A stretch of 64,000 nucleotides of DNA, taken from Podarcis muralis (Eukaryota). Position 1 is the first letter of the stretch, and every line of letters begins with the position of its first letter. Location: NCBI RefSeq assembly GCF_964188315.1, contig NC_135657.1, positions 806,001 to 870,000 of the forward strand, in the 5' to 3' direction. The notes beneath the pieces are model-generated. The model saw only the letters and a list, made by a program, of their open reading frames with translations. It ran no database searches and was not told the DNA's origin. Made by a program: the position numbers and the translations under genes. This document shows positions 1 to 11,303 of this stretch, one piece after another.

Positions 1-1285
1 TTGGGTCTGGTGTGGTTGATTGGTGATGGCGTTCTGTGTGCCTCTGGATCTGGTGTCAGTTTTTGTGGGGAGGGCTAATTTCCAGATGTCTGGCAAGCGG
101 GATGTGTCGTCACGCTTGTTCATGTTGTGAGGGTGTTTCTCTATCTCGATGGCTTCCATGATTATTCTCTTGTGGTGATGTTCCATGTTAAAGAGCAATT
201 TGGAATCTGCAAAATTAATTTCGTGTCCTGTTTCTTTCATGTGTTGGAAAAGAGAGGAAGTTTTTTCTTCTTTTTTGACGGCATTCTTGTGTTCTGCAAT
301 ACGTGCATTTATTCGTCTGTTTGTTTGTCCACGTACATTGGACAAACAAACAGACGAATAAATGCACGTATTGCAGAACACAAGAATGCCGTCAAAAAAG
401 AAGAAAAAACTTCCTCTCTTTTCCAACACATGAAAGAAACAGGACACGAAATTAATTTTGCAGATTCCAAATTGCTCTTTAACATGGAACATCACCACAA
501 GAGAATAATCATGGAAGCCATCGAGATAGAGAAACACCCTCACAACATGAACAAGCGTGACGACACATCCCGCTTGCCAGACATCTGGAAATTAGCCCTC
601 CCCACAAAAACTGACACCAGATCCAGAGGCACACAGAACGCCATCACCAATCAACCACACCAGACCCAAACCCAGACCCTCTCCACAGATAAATTACAGA
701 CACCATCCAGTAGCCAAACCATGGTGGCACCTCCGGATGCTGCACCCCCCTGCAATCCCCACACAGATCTGGCTGGCACAGGCCACAAAACCACAGCTCG
801 CCCCTATACACGAAGCCAAGCCAGAGCACAACTAAGTGCAGTACAGCCATCTTCTCAGAAAAACTCTTCACAAAGTTCAAGAGGTCAAGACACAAAGGCT
901 TTAGCAACTAATCCACACCTAATGACCCACCTAAGTGGTACTCAGGATATCACTCAAGAAATCACTCAAGATATCCCTCAAGTAATTAAGGAACAAAAGA
1001 AGAAAAGGCACACTAGCCTGGGAACTTCCTCTCTGCCCAGAACATTGGAGGCTATACACCACACCTCCTCAACAGTATTTATAGGAACTCAAACACTGAG
1101 ATCCTGCTCTGTTCCAGTAACAAGAAGCCGAAAGCACCAGCCTGAAGATGACGAGTGAGACCTCGTCGAAACGTCGCCTAGACACCCCAACTTTTACACG
1201 GGAAGACACCCGAGGACACCAAAACCTGCATTCCTGTACCCGTGAAAATCTACGAAAGCAAATATATATATATATATATATATAA
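1..1285 (+). mobile_element. Penelope-like retroelement (PLE), 5'-truncated, with an inverted copy on its left; in an SLC5A6 intron
   Basis: From 333 the frame reads YIGQTNRRINARIAEHK...HMKETGHEINF...KRIIMEAIEI...NMNKRDD (GIY-YIG endonuclease) and stays open to 1158. Bases 1-331 are the exact reverse complement of 339-669. Ends in a (TA)n run. Confidence 0.88.
1136..1180 (+). ncRNA. Minimal type I hammerhead ribozyme motif of the PLE
   Basis: CTGAAGA 1142-1148, stem II GACGAG/CTCGTC (1150-1155/1162-1167), GAAA 1168-1171, then CGTC (putative cleavage after 1175). Stems I and III are minimal. Confidence 0.72.
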
Positions 1286-1459
1286 TTATTATGGAGCCTG
1301 TGTTCCTGCTTAGATCTTCCTTTGGAAACATGAGGACTAGAGCCTTGTGCTTATTTCCAGGGAAGTGCATTGCGTCTCCTGGGAGGGCTCTGCCCAAGGG
1401 GCTTTTTCTGCCCCCTTCCCTTCGGCTGACCCCCCCCCCCCCGCCTCTTCTCTCGGCAG

Positions 1460-4400
1460 CACCATCTCCTCCGCCTTCAACTCCCTGGCCACCGTGACCA
1501 TGGAGGACCTGATCCGCCCTTACGTGGCCAGCATCCCCGAAGGACGGGCCACGCTCTACTCCAAGCTGCTGGGTGAGCTGCCCCTGGGGGAGAGGGGTTG
1601 GGGGGCAGGCAGCAGCATCCCAGTGCCCCCAGCTCCACGGCTCCAGCCACACAGCCCAGGGGTGCCCCTGCCTCTCCCCTCCCTCTGACTGGACCCCCTT
1701 CTCCCCCCAGCTCTGGCCTACGGACTCCTCTGCCTGGGCATGGCTTACGTCTCCTCCATGATGGGTTCGGTGCTGCAGGTAAGGGGTCAGTGGAGGGGGC
1801 GGCTGGGGAGGGAGGATACGATACGATACAATATCTTTATTGTCATTGTCCCTTGCGGAACAATGAAGTTGGAAAACTACATAAAACTACATAAAAACTA
1901 CATAAAACTAACACAAAACTGGGTTTGGTGGCGGTGCACGTTGATTTTTTAAAATAATAATTGGGGGTTGGTCTGGATGACCTTTGGGGGTCCCTCCCAA
2001 CTCTACGGTTCTCTGATTCTCTCCCCCCTTAGGCTGCCATCAGCATCTTTGGCATGATGGGGGGCCCTCTGCTGGGAGTCTTCTGCCTGGGCATGTTCTT
2101 TCCTTGTGCCAATTCCGTGGTGAGTATTGCTGTTTATTTGGGGGGGGGGGCTGTTAGGAGCTTTTGTTCCCTCACCCCTCTTTCTCTGGGGCCAGGAGCC
2201 TTCCTCTCCCCACGCTCCAAAGGGGGCGGCCAGCATTGCAACTGGCAGAATAGCTGGTGGGGTTTTTTTTGTGGGGGTGGCTTGGCCTAGCTTGCAATGG
2301 GGGGGGGTCGGGATCCCCTTAACACTCTCTTCCTCGCAATGGGATATTGGCTCTGCCCAAGGCAGAATGGAGAGCGGCAGCGGCTGGGAATAGGCAGACA
2401 TAACATTTTACAAGGACAGAATAGTCGTCACAAACAAAAGGAATAAGGATATAGTTTGAATGCTTCACCTCTGGGTTTATAAATCCTTTAATGTGTCTTA
2501 GACGAATGGATGTCGTTAATATTGCAGTTGTTGTATAAGGGATTGTTATTTTGACTGGAATGCAATTGAGATGAACAAGATTTTGGGACTCAGAAACAAA
2601 GCAACGTCATCAAACCATGCGGGGGGGGCACCTAAATTATATAATTTGGCATCTGAACGATTGGGATTTGTCATTGTATTATAATTTGGCACTGTTATAC
2701 TGAGGCTGCCATTGGATTATTGTAATTGAAAACTAATAAAAATTATTGTCAAAAAACCACACCTTCAATTATTATTATTCCCAGGAGATGTCAAGGCAAT
2801 AAACAACTATTTTACTTTTAAAAGACATCTGAAAGCGGCCCTGTTTAGGGAAGTTTTTAATGTCTGACATTGTATTGTTTTTAATATTCGCTTGGAAGCC
2901 GCCCAGAGTGGCTGGGGAGACCCAGCCAGATGGGCGGGGTATAAATAATAAATTATTATTATTAATTATTATTATTATTGCTCTCTTCCTCAGGGGGCCG
3001 TCACTGGCTTGGCTGCCGGGCTGGCCATGGCGTTTTGGGTGGGCATCGGGAGCTGGGTGGCCAACCAGGTGTTTGTGCCCCCCGGGACTGGCGTCCCCCA
3101 ACTGGACGGAAACCTCACAACGGCCGTCATGACGACGCTGCAGACCTTGACGGCGACCCCACAGAGGTAATGGGGAAGGGGGCCGGGAGACCCCAGGATG
3201 TGTGTGTGTTTAGGTAGAGCTTACTATTATTTATGGCCTTCCTATCTCACCCTTTTCTCCAAGGAGGCATCCATGCTTCTCCACGCTCCTCATTTAATCC
3301 CCACGACGACCCTGCGAGGTAGACCAGGCAGAGAGAGGCAGGGAAGGAGCCTTGTGGTTGGGGGGGGGGGGATATGAGCCCATTTAACCCCTGCATCCCC
3401 CCTGCCCAGAGAGGAGGCGCCTGGGGTTGGGGTCCTGTTCCCGGGATGCCTTCCCCATGTTTGCTTATAACCTGACCATTGCTGGAAAGAGAGGGTTGGT
3501 TGCCCTGAGCGAAGGGGCCGTGGGTCACAAGGGATTCTGGGACTCTGGGCTCCCTGTGCTGCGGACGGGATCTGAGCCCCCAAAGCCCCCTGCCCAGATC
3601 CCAGCGTGGCTTCGGGGCAATTTGTGGTTACCGTGGTACCTCTGGATGCGAACGGGATCCGTTCCAGAGCTCTATTCACATCCAGAAGTGAACGCAAACT
3701 GTGTCTGCGCATGCGCGGGTCACGATTTGCTGCTTCTGCGCATGCGCGTGACGTCATATGGAGCATCTGTACATGCACAAGTGGCGAAACCCGGAAGTAA
3801 CGTACTCCGTTACTTCCAGGTCGCCGCAGCGCACAACCTGAAAATACTTCAACCCAAAGTATGACTGTATTTTGCTGGGGGTGGGGAAATGCCTCCTCCG
3901 TCTGCCCCAGGATTTCCTCCTCCTCCTCCTCCTCTTCCTCTCTTACCTCCAAGCTCTCATCCTGCCATTTCCTTCCAGAACTGTGGAATTGGAAGGGGCC
4001 CCTGAGGGTCATCCAGCCCAGCCCCCTGCAATGCACGGTTCAGGCATCCCTGGCAGGCAGACCCCCCCCCCAGGAAGGAGAGCCCACCGCCTTCCGAGGG
4101 AGTTGGTCCCACTGCCCAACGGCTCTTGCGCTCGGATATTCCTTCCGAGTGTTGAGTCAGACTCTCCTTTCTTGCCCCGTGAAGCCATTGGGTCGGATCC
4201 TTCCCTTTGGAGCGGCAGAAGACAGGCCGGCTCATCAAGGGGCGAGGGAGCCTCTGGGGCAAGCCACATTCCCAATATGGGGGTCAGCACTGGCCAGCCC
4301 TAGAGGGTTGTTGTAAGGACGGGTCTGGCCCGGCGGTTGGCTTCCCCAGCGGCCCCCTGGGAGACCCCCAAGACCCCCTGCGGCTGGTGGTTGCATAAAA

Positions 4401-7400
4401 GCCCCCCTCCCATGCACTCTGGGGCCATTTCCCCAGTCTCGGCTGCCCCCTTTGTGGAAGCCCCTCGTTCCCCCACCATCCTTTGGACTGGGGCAGGCGG
4501 CTGCATCCAGGTGCCAGCGCCTCTTTCTTTCTGTGATAGATTTTATTAAAGTTTGAAGGAAGATTTATGAAGGTTAATTTCCAATATCCAAAGGTTAAAA
4601 GATACTGATGTAAATAAAGACTCAAAGCAGAAGAAGGGCGGAGGGAGAGAAGAAAAGAAAAAAGGAGAACTTTCTGTGCTTTGTAGAAAATTATTCAAAA
4701 CACTCCCTTCCAGATAAACACCTTTCTGCCTCTTGCCGCAGGGTCACGGGGCTGCGCAAGTTCTACAACCTGTCGTACCTGTGGTACAGTGCACACAACT
4801 CGACCACCGTCATTGTCGTGGGACTGCTGGTCAGTCTCCTCACAGGTAGGCTGGGAGCACGGGTGGCGTAGTCGCCCCAAGATTCGGGACGGAGGAAATT
4901 TGAAAGGACTTCTTCTTGCAGTTTGCAGTTTGTCGTTAACCTGCGGAACTCCCTCCCTCAGGAGGCAATGATGGCTGCCAAGTTGGATGCTTTTAAAACA
5001 GGGTCAGATAAATTCATGGAGGGAAAGAGGGCTGTTGATGTCTCCCAGCCAAAGTCAGAGAAGGCAGTGCTTCTGAAGTTGCTGGAAGCCACAGGAGGGG
5101 AGAGCTGCTCTTGTGTTCGAATCCTGCTTGTGGGTTTCCCATAATGGGCACCTGGTTGGCCACTGTGAGAACAGGAGGCTGGGCCTGATGGGCCCTTCAG
5201 AGGTTCTTGCGACTGGAGGAGCAGAGCTGGCCCACGTCAGGAGAGCCAAAGGGGGCAGGTGCTGGGGGTCTGTGTGCGTATTCTGCACCCGGCGAGCCAG
5301 GGGGTGAGGCCTCTGCCCCCCCCCTTGCCATTGCAGACTAGTGGCCTTCAGCAGAAGGGGGGTGGAATCCTTATTTCATTCCTCTTAGAAGCCTCCACCA
5401 GCATTTCATAGTAGGGGGGTGTTCAATAATAATAATTTATTATTTGTACCCCCCGTCCATCTGGCTGGGTTTCCCCAGCTACTCTGGGCAGTTTCCAACA
5501 AAGATTAAAAATACATTAAAATGTCACACATTAAAAGCTTCCCTAAACAGGGCTGCCTTCAGATGTCTTCTAAATGTCAGGTAGTTGTTTATCTCTTTGA
5601 CATCTGGTGGGAGGGCGTTCCACAGGGCGGGCACCACCACCGAGAAGGCCCTCTAATAAATGTATAAAATCAAGCCTCACTAATGAATGTATAAAAGCAG
5701 CCTGGAGTTGGGGGCATGGAGGGCAGAAGGGTGAGGTGGGGGGTGCCGGTGGGGCCCTTCCAACCAGCACCCTTTGTGCGCCTTCGCTGTGCCTTGGCAT
5801 TCTGCCTGGCACCTGGGCTCATGCCACACTGTGGGTGCCTTGGAGGCCGAGCAGGGCTGCCTCTCCCAGCCCCATCAGGAGGGGGCATGACGCTGCTGGA
5901 GCCCAGTAACGCTGCCTTCTTCCCCCCCCCCCAGGCCCCACACGGGGGGAGGATGTGGACCCCCGGACCATCTTCCCCGTGCTGCCCCGCCTGTTCTGCT
6001 GCTTGCCGGCGAGGTACCGAGAGAAGCTGCGCTGCGGGGTCTGCAGCCCCCGAGAGGTGAGGTCTTCTGCGTGCGCCTTGAGTGGGGGGGGGGAGCTCTG
6101 GGAGGGGGCAGGCTGGGCAAGGCAAAAAAAGAGGGGTTGCGAGGAGCTCCGGAAAGACCCCCCCAAACTGAGAAAGGGGCGCTAAAGCAGCAAATGCAAT
6201 GAAGGGTAAGCGAGGGGGAAGTTTAGCGTCCTGGGAAAAGGGGGCAAGCGGGGGCTGCAGGCTCCTGTCCTGGGACCGTTGTTGTTCAGCGTCTTTCTAA
6301 ATGACTCGGGTGGCGCTGTGGGTTAAACCACAGAGCCTAGGACCTGCTGATCAGAAGGTCGGCAGTTCGAATCCCTGCGACGGAGTGAGCTCCCATTGCT
6401 CGGTCCCTGCTCCTGCCAACCTAGCAGTTCGAAAGCACATCAAAGTGCAAGTAGATAAATAGGTCCCGCTCCGGCGGGAAGGTAAACAGCGTTTCCGTGC
6501 GCTGCTCTGGTTCGCCAGAAGCGGCTTAGTCCTGCTGGCCACATGACCCGGAAGCTGCACGCCGGCTCCCTCAGCCAATAAAGCGAGATGAGCGCCGCAA
6601 CCCCAGAGTCGGCCACGGCTGGACCTAACGGTCAGGGATCCCTTGACCTTTTAAATGACTTGGATGAAGGAATCGAGGCGATCCTCGCCCAATTTGCAGA
6701 TGTGGTAGCTGATGCCACAGAAGTCAGAATCAGAATTCAAAATGACCGTAACGGAGTGGAGAACTGGGCGCAAGCTCACAGAATGAATTTCAGTAGTGAC
6801 AAAGGTCAGGCTCTGGATTTAGGCAGGAAGAACCAGATGCACAAATAGAAGGTTATTATTATGATTAGATTTATATATCGCCCCTCGTGACAAAATCTCA
6901 GGGCAGTTCACAAGGTGAGGGACACCTAGCTTGTGAAAAGGATCTGGGGGTCTTAGTAGACCACAAGCTGAACATGAGTCAACCATGCGATGCAGCAGCA
7001 AAAATGGCTAATGCTATTCTAGGTTGCATCAACAGAAGTCTAGTGTCCAGATCAAGGGAAGGAATAGTCCCACTCGATTCTGCCTTGGTCAGACCCCCAC
7101 CTAGGATCCCGTGTCCAGATCTGGGCGCCACAATTTGAGAAGGATGTTGATAAGCTGGAAGGTGTGTAGAGGAGGGAGACCAAGAGGATCAAGGGTCTGG
7201 GAACTAAGCGTTTTGAGGAACAGTTGAAGGAGCTGGGTCTGTTTAGCCTGGAAAAGAGGAGACTGAGAGGAGATAGGAGAGCCATCTTCAAATATCTCAA
7301 GGGATGTTGCATGGAAGAGGGAGCAAATTTGTTTTCTCCTGTTCTGGAGGGCAGGACTCGAACCCACGGCTTCTAGTATTCTGACTCAACATCAGGAAGA

Positions 7401-7833
7401 GCTTTCTGACCATAAGAGCTGGGACTCAGTTTCATTGGAGCTTTTGAAGCAGAGGTTGGATGGCCGTCTGTCAGGGATGCTTGAGCTGAGATTCCCATGT
7501 TCCAAGGGGCTGGACTAGATGGCGCTGGAGGTCCCTTCGAACTTTAAAATTCTGTGGTTCTAAGCAATGCAGATGGTTCTGCTGGTGCAGAAAAACCGGC
7601 AGAGTCGGAGTTTGACTTGTGCCCTCTCTCTCTCTCTCTCTCTCTCTGCCCAGGACGGAAACTGCCCAGAGCCGGTTCCCCTGGCTGTGGAGAAGTCCAG
7701 CAATGGGCTGCTGAACGGTCTGCCGGAAGGGCTGCCCCTTGGGGGGGGCGATGAGGGAGAGGAGCCCCCCGGGGAGGGGGCGGCCCGGCCAGGCGGGAGC
7801 CACAGCTACATCCTGCGGGAGACAGCCCTCTGA
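1460..7833 (+). CDS. SLC5A6: Sodium-dependent multivitamin transporter (SSS family), 3' part only; exons join(1460..1572,1711..1778,2033..2119,2994..3166,4742..4845,5935..6056,7654..7833)
   Basis: Exons translate to [91 protein letters not shown] and end YILRETAL*. All have AG/GT boundaries and compatible phases. Neighbour order fits SLC5A6. Upstream exons lie outside the window. Confidence 0.95.
3621..3862. mobile_element. Tigger-like MITE, family 2
   Basis: Reverse-oriented relative of 32976-33218; CCGGAAGT and GCGCATGCGC motifs. Confidence 0.72.
6305..6650 (+). mobile_element. Sauria SINE, full length
   Basis: tRNA-like head (GGTGGCGCTGTGGGTTAAACC; B-box GTTCGAATCCC), body near-identical to eight other copies here, ACCTTT-type tail. 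Confidence 0.88.
6651..7560 (+). mobile_element. CR1 LINE 3' fragment (degenerate RT and tail)
   Basis: NDLDEGIE...[36 protein letters not shown]; GGACTAGATG...GGTCCCTTC...ATTCT tail. An L2-like piece interrupts near 6850-6915. Confidence 0.8.
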
Positions 7834-8443
7834 GCAGGACGGCGGGAGCGTCTGTGGGGCTTGGCTCTGTTCCGAGAGAGGACCCCCCCCCCAGGGAGAA
7901 GGGGGTCCCGGACCCTCCTTGGGGCCACTCTGCACTGGATCCTGGATGAGCACTGGAGGGGGGTCAGGCCGGACCCCACGCCTGGGTGATGGAGCAGCCC
8001 TTTCGGGGGTCCCTCCTGCCATATTGTGAATGTGCCAATCTCTTAAGTGTGGGTGGGGGGCTGCTGCCCCCCGTAACTCAAGCACACTGGGCGAGGCAGG
8101 AGCGTCTGTGTCCTCCTGCCACCCAAACGCCCTCAGAGCCCTCCAGCCCACCCACCTGAGGCCTCACCAAAGACGCCCCCCTGGACCTTCAATGGGGTGG
8201 GGGGCGACCCTCTCATTCCATTCCCCCCCCCCAGCAGCCCTTCCACCAAGTGCGGGGGGGAGCACAGACATTCCTCAATCCCAGCGGCTTCCTTGACGAC
8301 TGCCCCCCCGTCCGCTCGTGGGCCTCGTCATCCCCTCTCCTTTCCTGTTTTCTGTACCCCGTGTTGCGCTTCCTCTGAGCGGTTCTGTTTCCCCGGTTCT
8401 TTGCCTTTCTGACGATGCTCAGAGGAGGATTTTGGCTGCTGTT

Positions 8444-8449
8444 AATAAA
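8444..8449 (+). terminator. Probable SLC5A6 polyadenylation signal
   Basis: AATAAA about 610 nt after the stop, followed by a GT-rich tract. Confidence 0.6.
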
Positions 8450-9404
8450 AACGGTTCTTGTTGCTGCTGGCTGCTTCGTGGGTGGAAGCTGGGCGCTGGG
8501 GGAGCCGGGTTCAAATCCTGCCTCGCTGGGCTGCTCTCGGGAGACCTCTGGGGCTCTGCTCAAGGGGTGCCACTGCGCATGTGGGGCCCGTTGTTGTGTC
8601 CGCTGGAACTTATTTATTACGTTTACAATATGGGACTGCCTCTCCTGGTTTGCCCCGCGGAGGACCTTAAGGTCCACAAATGACCACACCTTGGAGGTCC
8701 CAGGTCCCAGGGTGGTTAGCTTGGTCTCAACTAGGGCCAGGGCCTTTTCAGCACTGGCCCCAACTTGGTGGAACGCTCTGTCCCAAGAGACTAGGGCCCT
8801 GCGGGACTTGACATCTTTCCGCAGGGCCTGCAAGACAGCTGTTCCGCCTGGCCTTTGGTTTGGACTCAGTCTGACCGTTAGGTTTCCCTCCCCTTATGGT
8901 CTTGATCTATGGGCTACTTTTAAAATGAGGCTGCATTTTAAATTGCATTTTAACCTGTATTTTAAATTGGGTTTTTCTTTTTTTTACTTGTTATGTTTTT
9001 ACTGAAATTTTTACTGGTGTTAGCCGCCCTGAGCCCGGCTCTGGCCGGGGAGGGCGAGGTATAAATATTAATTAATGTTATTAATATTATTATTACTATT
9101 ATAACCCACCTTTGCGCCCCAGGAGCTCAACGTGGAGCCCACCGTTCTTCCCCCTCTCCTTCTAATCCCCACAGCAACCCTGTGAGGTAGGCCAGGCTCA
9201 GAAAAAGACGGAGACTGGCCCCCAAGGTCACCCGGTGATCTGAACCCTTTTCTCTCAGATCCCAGTCCAGCACTCTAACCGCTACTCCATACTGCCTCAT
9301 GCAAGCCACAGTCAGGGATGCAGGCGGAGGGGGGAACCTGGAAATTAAAGGCTGGATAGACCCTGGAAAACAGGAGGAAGTGGCGGCCAGCACCTTGGGA
9401 AGAA

Positions 9405-9406
9405 GA

Positions 9407-9454
<48 letters not shown>

Positions 9455-10025
9455 TTATTATTTATACCCCACCCATCTGGCTGAGTTTCCCCAGCCACTC
9501 TGGGCGGCTCCCAATCAAGTGTTAAAAACAGTACAGCGTTACATATTAAAAACTTCCCTGAACAGGGCTGCCTTCAGATGTCTTCTGAATGTCAGGTAAT
9601 TGTTGTTCTCTTTGACATCTGGTGGGAGGGCGTTCCACAGGGCAGGTGCCACCACCGAGAAGGCCCTCTGCCTGGTTCCCTGTAACTTGGCTTCTCGCAA
9701 CGAGGGAACCGCCAGAAGGCCCTCGGCGCTGGACCTCAGCGTCCGGGTTGAACGATGGAGGGGGAGACTCTCCTTCAGGTATACTGGACCGAGGCCATTT
9801 AGGGCTTTCAAGGTCAGCACCAACACTTTGAATTGTGCTCAGAAATGTACTGGGAGCCAATGTAGGTCTTTCAAGACCGGTGTTATGTGGTCTCGGCGGC
9901 CGCTCCCAGTCCCCAGTCTAGCTGCCGCATTAGTTGTAGTTTCCGGGTCACCTTCAAAGGTAGCCCCACGTAGAGCGTGTTGCAGTAGTCCAAGCGGGAG
10001 ATAACCAGAGCATGCACCACTCTGA
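9405..10025 (-). mobile_element. L2-type LINE 3' end with (TAA)n tail
   Basis: [34 protein letters not shown]...[15 protein letters not shown]...[10 protein letters not shown]. Related shorter copies at about 2775-2980 (+), 5430-5655, 22190-22610, 32925-33400, 48380-48660 and 52683-53130 (all -). Confidence 0.82.
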
Positions 10026-10539
10026 TGAGATAAATGCATGGAGGAGGAGGTGGCTCAGGGTGGAAACTCGCCAGGGAATCCTGCTTGCCCACCTCCCACA
10101 GCCACCAGGTTGGCCTCTGCGAGAACAGGATCCCTGCATTGCAGCGGGTTGGACTAGATGACCGCAGGCTCCCTTCCACTCTGCAATTCTAGGATTCTGT
10201 GTCTAGTTGGGTCCCCTCTGGCCGGATTCAGCAGCCAGGCCCTTCTGTGCCAGGAGACAAGCTGCTGCTCTTTCCCCTGGGTCTGGGGGTCCCTGGCGGG
10301 GCTTCCATCTTCAGGGAACTCGGGTTGGTGGGTCCCTGATGTCCTTCCCCACAAAAGAGGTCAACAGTGGGGGGAATTGGGGAGGCAGTGCAGAAGCAAT
10401 GGTGTCTTCCCAGCTTTGCAGCTCCCTGTGACCCTCTGGCGCTTCCTGCAGCCATGGTTGCCCTAGTTTAACACCTTTTGGGGGTTTCGGCTCCCAAATT
10501 TGGTCCGTCTCCTGCTTGGCCCGTCGCCTTCAGAGTTAA

Positions 10540-10932
10540 AGGAGGGCAGGCAGAATGAGGAAGAAGCCAAGCCTGATGAGGAGCGGTTGAAGGAGCATGT
10601 TTGGGCTGGAGAAGAGGAGACACGAGAGCCATCTTCCAATATCTCATGGGTTGTCCCATGGAAGAGGGAACCAGCTTGTTTTCTTCAGAGGGTAAGACTT
10701 GAACCCATGGCTTCCAAGGGACAAGAAAGGAGATTCCGACTAAACATCAGGAAGAAGTTTCTGATGGAAAGAGCTGTTCAACAGTGGAACAGACTCCCTT
10801 GGGAGGTGGTGCGTTCTCCTTCCTTGGAGGTTTCTAAGCAGACTGAACGGCCATCTGATCCAGCTGAGATTGCCGCATTGCAGGGGGTTGGACTAGATGA
10901 CCCTTGGGGTCCCTTCAGCTCTGTGATTCTTT
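10540..10932 (+). mobile_element. CR1 LINE 3' fragment
   Basis: QERRFRLNIRKKFLMERAVQQWNRLPWEVVRSPSLEV; CR1 tail. Confidence 0.8.
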
Positions 10933-11035
10933 GAAACTATGGAACTTCCTCCCCGATGCCCATTTTGGGAAACCCACAAGCAGGATTCGAACCCCAGAGC
11001 CCTCTCCTCTCCTCTCCTGCCCTTTCCAGCAACTG

Positions 11036-11303
11036 CACAAAACAAATGAAATATGGTGAAAATCCCTGAAACGAGAAGTAATCGACTAGAAATATTATCT
11101 TATAGAAATAAACTAAATAATAAAAATCAAAAAGTTTAAGGAAAAATTGTACAAAGCCTTAACGGGATGCCGGCCACAAACCTTTGTACAATTCTAGGTT
11201 TTTCTGATTCTTTCCTTAAACTTTTTGATTTTTATTATTTAGTTTATTTCTGGTCGATTACTTCTCGTTTCAGGAATTTTCACGGTATTTCATTTGTTTT
11301 GTG
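11036..11303. repeat. AT-rich foldback inverted repeat (arms about 115-120 bp, 25-nt loop)
   Basis: Arms pair over their length apart from one indel in each and a few mismatches; CTTTCCAGCAACTG occurs at 11022-11035 and 11342-11355. Confidence 0.8.

Noticed and set aside
127-1158. 343-aa ORF as a host gene
   Set aside because: Its first 68 codons are the antisense arm of the palindrome; the rest is PLE endonuclease and tail.
1874-1920. AAAACTACAT x3
   Set aside because: Short slippage repeat next to a LINE tail, with no sign of function.
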